A stretch of 38,904 nt of DNA from a virus (lineage: Duplodnaviria > Caudoviricetes): positions 1-38,904 of IMG/VR virus record IMGVR_UViG_3300017700_000453. One strand, 5' to 3'. The position numbers and the translations under genes were made by a program. Positions 18,614 through 27,364 of this stretch are shown here, in pieces. The number at the start of each line of letters is the position of its first letter. Position 1 is the stretch's first letter. The notes below the pieces were generated by a model that did not search any database, was not told where the DNA came from, and saw nothing but the letters and a program-made list of their open reading frames with translations.

Positions 18614-19933
18614 ATGCCATTTAACGGCGCCGGAGTTTTCACCCGGATTTACAGCTGGATCACGGACGCGGCCAACGGCCTCTACGTGGATGCCACGCGA
18701 ACCGACACCGACAGCGACGACATCGCAGACGGCCTTACGAACTGCATCACGCGCGACGGGCAGTCGCCAGCCACGGCAAATATCCCGCTTGGCGGCTTCA
18801 AGATCACGGGCCTGGCCACTGGTACGCTGGGGACCGATGCGGTGAACTTCACGCAGACCTTTGTGGCCCCGAGCTACACCGGCGGCGTGACGTTCTCCGG
18901 GGGCTTGATCGGAACCGGCAATGTCACGTTCACTGGTGGCACGGTGGACATGGACGGTGCGACGGCGGTTCTTGTCCCGACTGTCGCGCTGGGCGACAAC
19001 AGCACAAATGCGGCGTCCACTGCATTCGTTACGCAAGCGGCATTTCAGACTGTACTGCCTGCCCAGTCGCTTGGCTTCCTTCGTTCAAGCGGCGCAGCAG
19101 CGGCATTTACCACGACGCACACCGGCTATGCGCAGAACGAGGTGAAGGGCGCCGACATCGCCAGCGCGGCCACGATCAACCTGACGACGGCGACCGGCAA
19201 CCTGACACACGTGACCGGTACGACCCCGATTACCGCCATCACCATTCCTGTCGGTGCCGAGCGTACGGTGATCTTCGACGGCGCTTTGACGCTGACGCAC
19301 GGCGCTGGCTTGCTGCTTCCTGGCGCTGCGAACATCACAACCGCTGCAAACGACCGCGCTATTATTCGCGGCGACACGGCGGGCGCTATCGTCACCAGCT
19401 ACACGAAGGCAGACGGCACGGCGGTGAAGGGCGGTTTGACATTGGTAGCGACGCTCACCCCGACGGCGGCGGCAAATCTGGACTTCCTCACCACCTTTAC
19501 GGCGGCGTACGACAATTACTTGGTGCTGCCCGAGGGCTTGCTCCCGAACGCCGCCGACAACCTTGTAGCGCGCGCCGCTGTCGCTGGTGCGGCTGTCGCA
19601 ACAAGCATCTACTTTGAAATCAATACGTTCAATGGAAATACCACTACTGGCCAATCCTCCATCACGGTTAGCGCCTCGCCGGGACAGATTACAACCGGCG
19701 TTGGCGTCAGCGGGAAGATTGAATTTTTCAACGTCAATGACGCGGTGAATTTGAAGGCGGTGATTCCATGCGTGCTTGGGCAGACAAACGCCACGCCGAC
19801 ATTTGTCATGACCCAGCGCGCCAACGTCGTGAACACAGCAAGCGTATTGACCGGCTTCCGGCTTTTTTGGAGCGGCGGCGCACTCTTTCAAGCCACCGGC
19901 AAGGTGCGCGTCTACGGCTACAACAATTCTTAA
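18614..19933 (+). CDS. Tail fibre protein
   Basis: MPFNGAGVF...DIADGLTNCITRDGQ...GGFKITGLA podoviral fibre N-terminus; KGADIASAATINL module; C-terminal GKVRVYG. Confidence 0.8.
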   Translation: MPFNGAGVFTRIYSWITDAANGLYVDATRTDTDSDDIADGLTNCITRDGQSPATANIPLGGFKITGLATGTLGTDAVNFTQTFVAPSYTGGVTFSGGLIGTGNVTFTGGTVDMDGATAVLVPTVALGDNSTNAASTAFVTQAAFQTVLPAQSLGFLRSSGAAAAFTTTHTGYAQNEVKGADIASAATINLTTATGNLTHVTGTTPITAITIPVGAERTVIFDGALTLTHGAGLLLPGAANITTAANDRAIIRGDTAGAIVTSYTKADGTAVKGGLTLVATLTPTAAANLDFLTTFTAAYDNYLVLPEGLLPNAADNLVARAAVAGAAVATSIYFEINTFNGNTTTGQSSITVSASPGQITTGVGVSGKIEFFNVNDAVNLKAVIPCVLGQTNATPTFVMTQRANVVNTASVLTGFRLFWSGGALFQATGKVRVYGYNNS

Positions 19934-19945
19934 AGGGGATCGACC

Positions 19946-20308
19946 ATGACCGACTTTGCAGATTACTGGGACGCTGACGAACAGCGACAAAAGCAGCGCC
20001 CTTTGACCGCTGACGAACAAGCGGAACTAACCGAGCGCAGGCGCGTTGCTGCCCTGCCGGTGGTGCCTGAATCGGTGCCGAAGCTGAACGCGCGCCTTGT
20101 GCTGATTGGCGCGGGTTACTGGGACGACGTGGTGGCGTTTACGGCGCTGCGCGGGCCGGTGGCCGTGGCCTTCCTGGAAGACGCCCTGACCATGCGCCGC
20201 GATAACCCTCTGGTGAACGCATGGGCGACGGCGCGCGGCAAAACAGCCGAACTCGATTCCCTGTTCATCGCAGCAGAAGCGCTGAAAATCGATGAATTCA
20301 CCGGCTAG
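19946..20308 (+). CDS. Hypothetical protein, possible tail-fibre-associated
   Basis: AGGGGA RBS; VPESV...RRDNPLV...LDSLFIAA pattern common downstream of fibres. Confidence 0.65.
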   Translation: MTDFADYWDADEQRQKQRPLTADEQAELTERRRVAALPVVPESVPKLNARLVLIGAGYWDDVVAFTALRGPVAVAFLEDALTMRRDNPLVNAWATARGKTAELDSLFIAAEALKIDEFTG

Positions 20309-20336
20309 ACCACCAACCCAGAAAGGACCATGCCAC

Positions 20337-20615
20337 ATGAACCAACCCCGTCGCCTCGTAGATTTCCAACTCTCAGTGGCCAGTATCGTTTCCGGGTGCA
20401 TTACCGTCGCTTCGTTCATGGTCTGGATGGGCTACCAAGCCTCGCAGCAGTCCAGCAAGATGGAAGCGCTGACGCAGACCTTGACCAAGGTCGAAAAACG
20501 GCTTGATGACCGCGATATCCGGCTGGACGCGCTGCGCGATGCCATCAGCGAAACACGCACCGAAACGCGCATGAACTCGCTGCGCATCGGTGAACTTGAA
20601 AGGTTGCGCAAATGA
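20337..20615 (+). CDS. Membrane protein, holin or i-spanin candidate
   Basis: One N-terminal hydrophobic segment plus a coiled coil; AAGGA RBS; overlaps the endolysin start. Confidence 0.55.
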   Translation: MNQPRRLVDFQLSVASIVSGCITVASFMVWMGYQASQQSSKMEALTQTLTKVEKRLDDRDIRLDALRDAISETRTETRMNSLRIGELERLRK

Positions 20616-21088
20616 AGCCGCAGGATTTTCTGGACAAGATCGTCCCCGCCGCCATGGCGTGCCACAAAGAGACTGGGATTCCGGCCAGCTTCACCCTGGC
20701 GCAGGCCGCGCTGGAATCTGGCTGGGGCGCTTCCAGGCTGTCGCAGCGTGGCTTTAACCTGTTCGGCGTGAAGGCCGACAGGGCATGGAAGGGGCCTGTC
20801 ATCAGCATGGACACCTACGAGGTCATCAACGGCGTGCGCGTGATGGTCCCGGCTATCTGGCGCGCTTATCCGGACTGGCTGGCATGCCTGCGCGACCGGG
20901 CATCGTTCTTCCGCAAGAATCCCCGCTACAGCGCCTGTTTCAAGGAAACCACCGGGCCGGGCTGGTGCCGCGCCGTCGCCGCCGCCGGCTATGCCACTGA
21001 CCCCGACTATGCCAAAAAGCTGCTGGCCATGATCGACGGGCGCAACCTGACACGCTTTGACCAACCACTGAAAGAGGCCGCACCATGA
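20612..21088 (+). CDS. Endolysin, GH73 glucosaminidase (FlgJ-like)
   Basis: AQAALESGWG, NLFGVKA and GYATDPDY motifs. Confidence 0.9.
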   Translation: MKPQDFLDKIVPAAMACHKETGIPASFTLAQAALESGWGASRLSQRGFNLFGVKADRAWKGPVISMDTYEVINGVRVMVPAIWRAYPDWLACLRDRASFFRKNPRYSACFKETTGPGWCRAVAAAGYATDPDYAKKLLAMIDGRNLTRFDQPLKEAAP

Positions 21089-21297
21089 AACGAACCTTCA
21101 CCATGCTGGCGCTGGCCGGCTTCCTTTCCGGCTGCGCTGGCCTTGATGTGGCATGGGAACTGCACGCCACCTACCTGACCAAGGACTTGATGGACAAGCG
21201 CGCCGCCGCACGTGCCGCCGACCCGGAAGTGCAAGCCCGCGCCGACCTGGCCGCGGCTGCCCTGATGCAGGCCCGGAACGAGGCAGCGACGAAATGA
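21085..21297 (+). CDS. Lipoprotein, o-spanin candidate
   Basis: MKR + hydrophobic stretch + lipobox LSGC; follows the endolysin. Confidence 0.7.
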   Translation: MKRTFTMLALAGFLSGCAGLDVAWELHATYLTKDLMDKRAAARAADPEVQARADLAAAALMQARNEAATK

Positions 21298-21668
21298 GCA
21301 CCTTTCTGTCCCACCTCACGCTGGTGGCCGCGACGGACCAGGACGACGGCCAATGGGTGCTCACCGAACCGCTGCTGTACTCGTCGGAGATTGCGCAGGG
21401 CGTCATCACCGTTCCCAAGGGCTTCCAGACCGACTTTGCCAGCACGCCGCGCCTGCCGGTGATCTACTGGCTTACCGGGAATGTGGCGGCAAAGGCCGCT
21501 GTGGTGCACGACTACCTGTATTCCAGCGGCCAGTTCCCGCGCGCGATGGCAGACGCCATTTTCCGCGAGGCGTCCGAAGTGATCGGGGTTTCATGGTTCC
21601 GGCGCTGGACGATGTGGCTCGGGGTGCGAATCGGCGGGTCCTCGCACTACACGCCCCAGCAGGCATAA
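21294..21668 (+). CDS. DUF1353 family protein
   Basis: VPKGFQTDFASTP...AAVVHDYLY...ADAIFREA...GVRIGG. Confidence 0.85.
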   Translation: MSTFLSHLTLVAATDQDDGQWVLTEPLLYSSEIAQGVITVPKGFQTDFASTPRLPVIYWLTGNVAAKAAVVHDYLYSSGQFPRAMADAIFREASEVIGVSWFRRWTMWLGVRIGGSSHYTPQQA

Positions 21669-21696
21669 AAAAAGCCCCGAAGTCCGGGGCTTTTCT
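21667..21696. terminator. Bidirectional intrinsic terminator
   Basis: aaaaaaagccccg-aagtc-cggggcttttct between convergent operons. Confidence 0.88.
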
Positions 21697-21713
21697 CATT
21701 GTGCAGTAGGGAT

Positions 21714-22142
21714 CTAATTCGCGTTGGCCTTTGCCTTGGCCCAGAAGCCGCACGCATCCGGTATCGATTCGGCCAGCGGGATGCCGTTCAGCGAAATCAG
21801 CGTCTGATTGCCTTGGCAATAGATGCCATTCGAATCTGCCACCGCGTACACCGTGCCAAGCGGGTCATTGTCCACGGCAAGGCCGCGCGCGCCCATGCCC
21901 GCCACCAGCTTGCCGTACTTGGTCCACGCCGCATCATCGGCCACGTACTGCCAGCCGGACGGGTAGCGCACCATCACGCGGTTGCCGCTGGAAGTGTCTT
22001 TCTTGATGATGAGCGCCGGGTGGGTGCCATAGACCACCGTGCCGGTGGTGTTGACCACCAGTTCCGGCAGCGCGGCCTGCGCAAACGCACACGCGAACAT
22101 TGCAAGGGCCACGATGCAGGCCCGGAAGAAACTTTGTTTCAT
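21714..22142 (-). CDS. Secreted/periplasmic hypothetical protein
   Basis: Sec signal peptide MKQSFFRACIVALAMFACAFAQA; GGGAG RBS. Confidence 0.75.
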   Translation of the reverse strand: MKQSFFRACIVALAMFACAFAQAALPELVVNTTGTVVYGTHPALIIKKDTSSGNRVMVRYPSGWQYVADDAAWTKYGKLVAGMGARGLAVDNDPLGTVYAVADSNGIYCQGNQTLISLNGIPLAESIPDACGFWAKAKANAN

Positions 22143-22220
22143 GGTTCTACTCCCTGTTTTGGTTTGCCTGGGGGAACCGCCAGGCCGGTTTGTTGCGATG
22201 ATACATTGAAAATGGAAGAC

Positions 22221-22661
22221 TTACACCGGATGGTGATCTGGCTGCCCGCCGGTGCCGGTCTTCGGCTCGGCGGCGAACTTGGCGCGGCGGTGCAGATCGT
22301 CCTTCAGCGCATAGCCCATCAGCGCCCACACCTTGCCCACCGCGTTCTCGCGCGCAATCTTGCGACCGATTTCGGCATCGAAGTTTTCCGGACTGGCGCA
22401 CGCCGATTCGCCGGTGACGGTGAAGCCGTTGCGCAGGACCAGCACGCAGAAGGTAAGCAGGTCGAGCGCAATCGGCGTCGGGATGCCGCTGAAGTTTTTG
22501 TCATCGCGCGCAAATGCACCCTGCGCGCCGTCATTGGCGGTGAAGTAATGTTCGCTGGCAATGTTCGCAGCCAGGTCTGCCGGCGTGACGCGCGGCGCCG
22601 TCAAGCCCTTGGCCTGGATTTCGGATTCGATGGCGCTATCGCTGTCGTGGATTCGTTGCAT
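22221..22661 (-). CDS. Gp49/66 family phage protein
   Basis: TFCVLVLRNGFTVTGESACASPENFDAEIGRKIARENA. Confidence 0.9.
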   Translation of the reverse strand: MQRIHDSDSAIESEIQAKGLTAPRVTPADLAANIASEHYFTANDGAQGAFARDDKNFSGIPTPIALDLLTFCVLVLRNGFTVTGESACASPENFDAEIGRKIARENAVGKVWALMGYALKDDLHRRAKFAAEPKTGTGGQPDHHPV

Positions 22662-22706
22662 GTGGTTCTCCTGTGTGCCGGCCAGAGCGCGGGCCGGCGG
22701 CGCGGT

Positions 22707-22940
22707 TTAGCCTTTTGCCTTCAAAATCGCATGCGCCGCTTCAAGCTGCACCGCGACACTTTGCGCTGCAGCGGTGAATTCGCGCAACGCCCGGTGCATT
22801 CCGATCAACTCGTTAATCAGCTTGTCGCGCTCGCCTTCCAGTTGCACCACTTCGCTGCGCAACTGGTCAATGATGATCGCAGCCGATGCCGGGAAAGCTG
22901 CGCACCAGGCCGCATCTACGTTTTTTGACGAATCGTCCAT
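22707..22940 (-). CDS. Hypothetical coiled-coil protein
   Basis: AAGGA RBS; lies within the operon. Confidence 0.6.
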   Translation of the reverse strand: MDDSSKNVDAAWCAAFPASAAIIIDQLRSEVVQLEGERDKLINELIGMHRALREFTAAAQSVAVQLEAAHAILKAKG

Positions 22941-22957
22941 GATGGTCCTTTCTGGAT

Positions 22958-23602
22958 TTAAGCCGCTGCGTGGTGGGCCTTGATGCCGTAGTAGACCGCC
23001 TTGGCGCCCAGCACGTCCACCATGGCATTGTGGGCGCCGTCCAGTTCCTTGCCAGTGAAATGCAGATACGCTTCGCGCAGGTTCGGGGACTTCGGACCCT
23101 TCATGCGCTTGGCCAGCATGCGTTCGGTGGGCGGCAGGTTCAGAATTTTGGTGCTGTTCGTCTGGGTGCAGTACGCGGGCTGCTTTTTCCAGTAGTCGGC
23201 AAACGACATTTCCTCGCCCTCATGGTTCCACGTCCCGCCGCTGTACCCTAAATCGCGCATGTATTCGATGCGAAGCATGCGCATGTCGAACGGCTCATTG
23301 TGGCCGCACCGGATGTCCGCGCGAAACCACAATTCCGTGAAAGTGTTCAGCGCCATGTCGATAGGAACGCCGTACTTGCACAAGTGGTCCATGGTAAAGC
23401 CAGTCACCGCCGCCGCTTCCGGTTCCATTTCCCAGCCGTCCGGCGCGATCAGGAAACTGCACGATGCCAGCGCTTCGCCGGTTTCTTCGATGCACAGTTC
23501 AGCGGCAATCTGGGTCACGCGCGGCTGGCTCGGGTCTTCGGATGGCAGGCTGAACTTTGGCAGGCCGGTGGTTTCGGTGTCGTAAAAAATAATCGTGTTC
23601 AT
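22958..23602 (-). CDS. DnaQ-like 3'-5' exonuclease (DEDDh)
   Basis: YDTETTGL, HNEPFD and AHNAMVD motifs. Confidence 0.9.
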   Translation of the reverse strand: MNTIIFYDTETTGLPKFSLPSEDPSQPRVTQIAAELCIEETGEALASCSFLIAPDGWEMEPEAAAVTGFTMDHLCKYGVPIDMALNTFTELWFRADIRCGHNEPFDMRMLRIEYMRDLGYSGGTWNHEGEEMSFADYWKKQPAYCTQTNSTKILNLPPTERMLAKRMKGPKSPNLREAYLHFTGKELDGAHNAMVDVLGAKAVYYGIKAHHAAA

Positions 23603-23611
23603 GGGTTCCCC

Positions 23612-25405
23612 TTATGCTGCTGCTTGTTGACGATGGCCGGCAATCTCGCCGCCTTCCACCCAGTACGATGTCACCGTGTCGGCCAGGCCTTCGGGCAACG
23701 CCTTCAGTGTGGCGAACAGCAGCGCGGTGTCGATGATGTTGTTAAACGCCAGCGCGTCCATCCAGTCGAACAATTGGCCGCGCCCCTTCAGGTCCAGCAC
23801 GTCCACCCGGTCGAGCATCAGGATTTTCAGCCCCGAGATTTCGGCCACCACCTGGGCGATCATCGCGTCCGCGCGCCATTGCTCGGACTCGCTCAGAAGC
23901 TGGTACGGGCGCCCCGCTGCAGTGATGGCCATGTCCGGGCCAATCTGCACGCGCATCCAGTCGGTATCGAGCGCCGCCTGTTCCAGCGCCGCATTGACCG
24001 GCGCCAGCGCTTCCAGCAGCATTTCTTTTGGGATGCCATCCGGGGCCAGCGCCTTGGCCACCTTGGTCCATTCCACCACGTCGGTGTGGTGCGCCAGCGC
24101 GTCCTTGGTCTTCTGCGCCGCCTTGGCCACGCCAGCCTGCGCCGCTTCGATGTCCAGCCGCTGGTTTTCGGCCTTGGTGCGGCTCTCGCGCGCGGACTTA
24201 ATCATTTCGTCCACCTCCGCAATCTGCGCCGATGCGTCCACGGCGTCATCAGCGGGCGCCAGCGCGTCGTATTGGACTTTCGCCTGCTTGGCGCTATCCA
24301 GGTCCCGCGTGAGGTTCTGGACGCGATTCTGCAGCACTACCAGGCCTTTCTCGTGCGCTGGCAGTTCGGCCTGCGCTTCTGGGTCCACCTTGCCAGCAGC
24401 CACGCCATAATCGCCGCCCGTCGCTTCGTAGCGCCGCAGGATTTTATTGGCGCTTTCTTCCCATTCCTTCCCCAGCGTAGGAATCGGCAGCATTGCAAGA
24501 AAGTGCGCCAATTCGTCGGCCATCGTCAACTTTCCAGAACCAGCGGCGCGCGTGCGCAGCGCTTCCACCTTCGGCAGGTATTCGGCCAGTTCGGCCTGCG
24601 CCCGGGTAAGCTGGTCCGTCAGGTCTTCCACCTTGCCAGCGGACGCCGACAGGGCCGCGCGCTTCGTGGCCGATTCGGCGCTGGCGCGCTGCACGGCCTT
24701 GATGGCGCCTAATTGCTCGTTCATCGTGGCGATGTTCTTGTCCAGCCCGGCCACGGTGGCGGCCAGCGCCTTCACGTCGCCATCAGGCAGTTCCGGCAGC
24801 ACCGCTTCCCATGCCGGCGCTTTCTCGCTGCCGTAAGTCTCGCCCGTGAGCGCGCGCCATGCGCCCTTGGCTTCCGTGGCCTTGGTCTTCGCATGCTCGC
24901 ACACGCTCGGGAACCCCGTGCGCAGCAGCGGCAGCACCGCATCAATCTTCGCTTCCTGACAGGCCCACGCCTTCGTCATCATGCGCGCCTTGACCGTTTC
25001 GGCGTTCGGCTTCAGCTTCGTAAGGCCGAACAGGAAGGTGCGGCGCTCGTCGGCTTTCATCTTGGCGAAGCGCTGGCCGTGCAGGGCCACGCGCATGGAT
25101 TCGGTAATCTCCGGGCCGGTGAATTCGCCCTTCGGCATATTGAACGCGAAGCTGTTTTCCGGGTCATCGTTCATCACCACCTGGGCGCCGCCGGCCTTGG
25201 CGCCGTCGTGCACCAGCGCGGCGAATTCCTTTTTCAGGTTGATGTCTCGCACGCAGTCCTGGGTGATGGCCATGCGCACAGCTTCCTGGATACTGCTTTT
25301 GCCGGCGCCGTTTGGGCCGCACACCAGCACAATCTGGGTTTGTGGCTTCAGGTCGATGGACTTCAGGCCCAGCAAGTTGTCAGCTTGAATTCGTGTGATT
25401 TTCAT
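23612..25405 (-). CDS. SMC/SbcC-like ATPase
   Basis: Walker A GPNGAGKSS, long coiled coil, C-terminal LSESEQWR and ILMLDRVDVLD. Confidence 0.85.
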   Translation of the reverse strand: MKITRIQADNLLGLKSIDLKPQTQIVLVCGPNGAGKSSIQEAVRMAITQDCVRDINLKKEFAALVHDGAKAGGAQVVMNDDPENSFAFNMPKGEFTGPEITESMRVALHGQRFAKMKADERRTFLFGLTKLKPNAETVKARMMTKAWACQEAKIDAVLPLLRTGFPSVCEHAKTKATEAKGAWRALTGETYGSEKAPAWEAVLPELPDGDVKALAATVAGLDKNIATMNEQLGAIKAVQRASAESATKRAALSASAGKVEDLTDQLTRAQAELAEYLPKVEALRTRAAGSGKLTMADELAHFLAMLPIPTLGKEWEESANKILRRYEATGGDYGVAAGKVDPEAQAELPAHEKGLVVLQNRVQNLTRDLDSAKQAKVQYDALAPADDAVDASAQIAEVDEMIKSARESRTKAENQRLDIEAAQAGVAKAAQKTKDALAHHTDVVEWTKVAKALAPDGIPKEMLLEALAPVNAALEQAALDTDWMRVQIGPDMAITAAGRPYQLLSESEQWRADAMIAQVVAEISGLKILMLDRVDVLDLKGRGQLFDWMDALAFNNIIDTALLFATLKALPEGLADTVTSYWVEGGEIAGHRQQAAA

Positions 25406-25453
25406 TTGTTCCCCATAGTTTTAGATGATGGACCGGCGAACCGGCCCGGGTGA

Positions 25454-26176
25454 TTATTCGATTGCTGCGCCGCCTGCGACCTTGCGCCCGCTGCCGCGCT
25501 TGGCCTTAGTGATCGGTTCCACGTTCGTGGGCGTTTCCGGTGCCGCTTCAGGTTCGGCAGCGGCCACCACGTCGTCCGGTTTCAGCGCCATGTCGGTGCC
25601 GGGCTTGTCGAACATGCTTTCCGCTTCCTTGCGCGCTTCGCTCATTGGCTCTTGCGTGAGCAGTTCGGCCTGCTGGAAATTGTCCTGCTTTTCTTCCAGC
25701 GCCGCACATTCCAGGCTGATAGGAATCGTCTGCCCGTTCGCGCGCAGCAGCTTCATGACCTGTTCTTCGCTCGGTTCCTTCAGCTTCACGCGAAACGACA
25801 GTTCCACGGTGCCGCCTTCCATCGGTTCGAACACGAACGAATCGGTTTTCGCATCCGACAGCACCAGGTCTTCGGCTGAATTATCGGCATCGTGCAAGCG
25901 CAGCAGCGTGCGCGGCACTTCCAGTTCCCATGCGATGGGCTTGGCAATACGAGGAAAGCGCAGTTTCTTTTTGAAGTCTTCCACGTCGCGCTGTTCGTCG
26001 TCCATGTACAGGGCATCGCGCAGTTCTGCGTCGAACTTCAGCAGGATGGAATTCGAAAAGCGGCCCCTGCACTTTACGTCATAGCCGTTCTCGTTGTTCT
26101 CGCCATGCTTTTCGATCCGGAGGTTGACATACACCTCCATCTTGTCCTTGACGAGGTTAAAAATTTCGATAGCCAT
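25454..26176 (-). CDS. Hypothetical protein
   Basis: Start at MAIEIF with AAAGG RBS; acidic; lies between recT and the ATPase. Confidence 0.7.
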   Translation of the reverse strand: MAIEIFNLVKDKMEVYVNLRIEKHGENNENGYDVKCRGRFSNSILLKFDAELRDALYMDDEQRDVEDFKKKLRFPRIAKPIAWELEVPRTLLRLHDADNSAEDLVLSDAKTDSFVFEPMEGGTVELSFRVKLKEPSEEQVMKLLRANGQTIPISLECAALEEKQDNFQQAELLTQEPMSEARKEAESMFDKPGTDMALKPDDVVAAAEPEAAPETPTNVEPITKAKRGSGRKVAGGAAIE

Positions 26177-26207
26177 TTTATTGCCTTTCTTCGTGGTGGG
26201 GGTGAAT

Positions 26208-27347
26208 CTATTCTGGTGCCGCCGACGTGCGGCGCGTGCGCTTGGCTGGCGCTGGCTCGTCTTTCGCCGCATTCGCTGCTGGCGCTGGGTTGCTCAATTC
26301 TTCCATGTAGCGCTTATACATCGTCGTCAGTTCGGCGCGCAGCCCGGCGTGGCCCACCGTCTGGATCAGGTCCGCGGCCACGGCCAGCGCGTCCAGGTTC
26401 GCGGCCTTCTGAAGCTGCGCGGCCACGCCCTCGTATGCCTTGCGCACTTCGTCGGTCATCGATTCCTTGTCGATGTTCTGGCGCACCGGCTCGACCTTTT
26501 CCACATTGACGGTCACCACGTCCACGTCGGTGCGCGGGATCGGTTCGGATACTCCCTGCACTGGGGCGTCGTCGGCGTCGGTGTCGTTCACATAGACGAA
26601 ATTGCCCTCCAGCGTCACGCCCTTACCGGACTCGTGGGCAATTTCCGCATTCATGGCGCTTTCCAGGTCCTGCGACGTGGGCAGGAACTTGAGGGCCTGC
26701 AGCAGCACCACCTTGCGCCCGTACTGTTCGAAATTGTTTTCGTCCTTCAGCGCGTAGTGCTTGGCGCCGACCTTGTTGAACTGGGCCAGGTGCTTGGCCA
26801 CTTTGCCCGCGCTCCACACGACCACCACCGGCCAGTCGCTGCCCTTGATGCGCCCGATGGCGTAATAGTGCGTCACATCCTTGTGGTCTTCATTGTCGCC
26901 CGGCTTGTGCTTCAGGAACGGGCTGTCGCCCAGCGCATAGTCGAATTCGTCGCCCTTGTGCACTACGCCCGTCCAGCAGCTCGCGCGGCCCGTGCGCGAC
27001 ACCAGGTCGACCAAGCCTTTCCAGCCCGGCACGAACGAAACATTGCCCTTGTAGGGGATCAAGTAGCCTTTGCCATTTCCCAGGCCAATGCCGCTGTTCA
27101 CGGCCACGCTCACTGCCACGTAGAACGATTCCGGGCTGGCCGCTTGCAAATCCCGGCTTTGCATGAGCATCACCGTGGCGGTTCGAATCTCGCGCTCAAC
27201 CGTCATGTGGCCAGGAATGCCGGCGCCCAGCAAGTCCTTGCGCTTTTCAAGGTATGTGGTTTTTCCTAGTACTGGGTGGTTCGCCAATTTTGCCACCGCG
27301 TTGGTGCCCGCCTGTTGATTGGCCTGCATCTCGTTCAAATTCTGCAT
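26208..27347 (-). CDS. recT: RecT-family single-strand annealing protein
   Basis: GYLIPYKG...GWKGLVDLVSRTG...VHKGDEFDY..G...RKVVLLQALKFLP. Confidence 0.9.
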   Translation of the reverse strand: MQNLNEMQANQQAGTNAVAKLANHPVLGKTTYLEKRKDLLGAGIPGHMTVEREIRTATVMLMQSRDLQAASPESFYVAVSVAVNSGIGLGNGKGYLIPYKGNVSFVPGWKGLVDLVSRTGRASCWTGVVHKGDEFDYALGDSPFLKHKPGDNEDHKDVTHYYAIGRIKGSDWPVVVVWSAGKVAKHLAQFNKVGAKHYALKDENNFEQYGRKVVLLQALKFLPTSQDLESAMNAEIAHESGKGVTLEGNFVYVNDTDADDAPVQGVSEPIPRTDVDVVTVNVEKVEPVRQNIDKESMTDEVRKAYEGVAAQLQKAANLDALAVAADLIQTVGHAGLRAELTTMYKRYMEELSNPAPAANAAKDEPAPAKRTRRTSAAPE

Positions 27348-27364
27348 GGTTTTCCCCTTTTAAA

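Noticed and set aside
18614-19933. Diversity-generating retroelement targeting the tail fibre
   Set aside because: No reverse transcriptase gene and no template/variable repeat pair noticed
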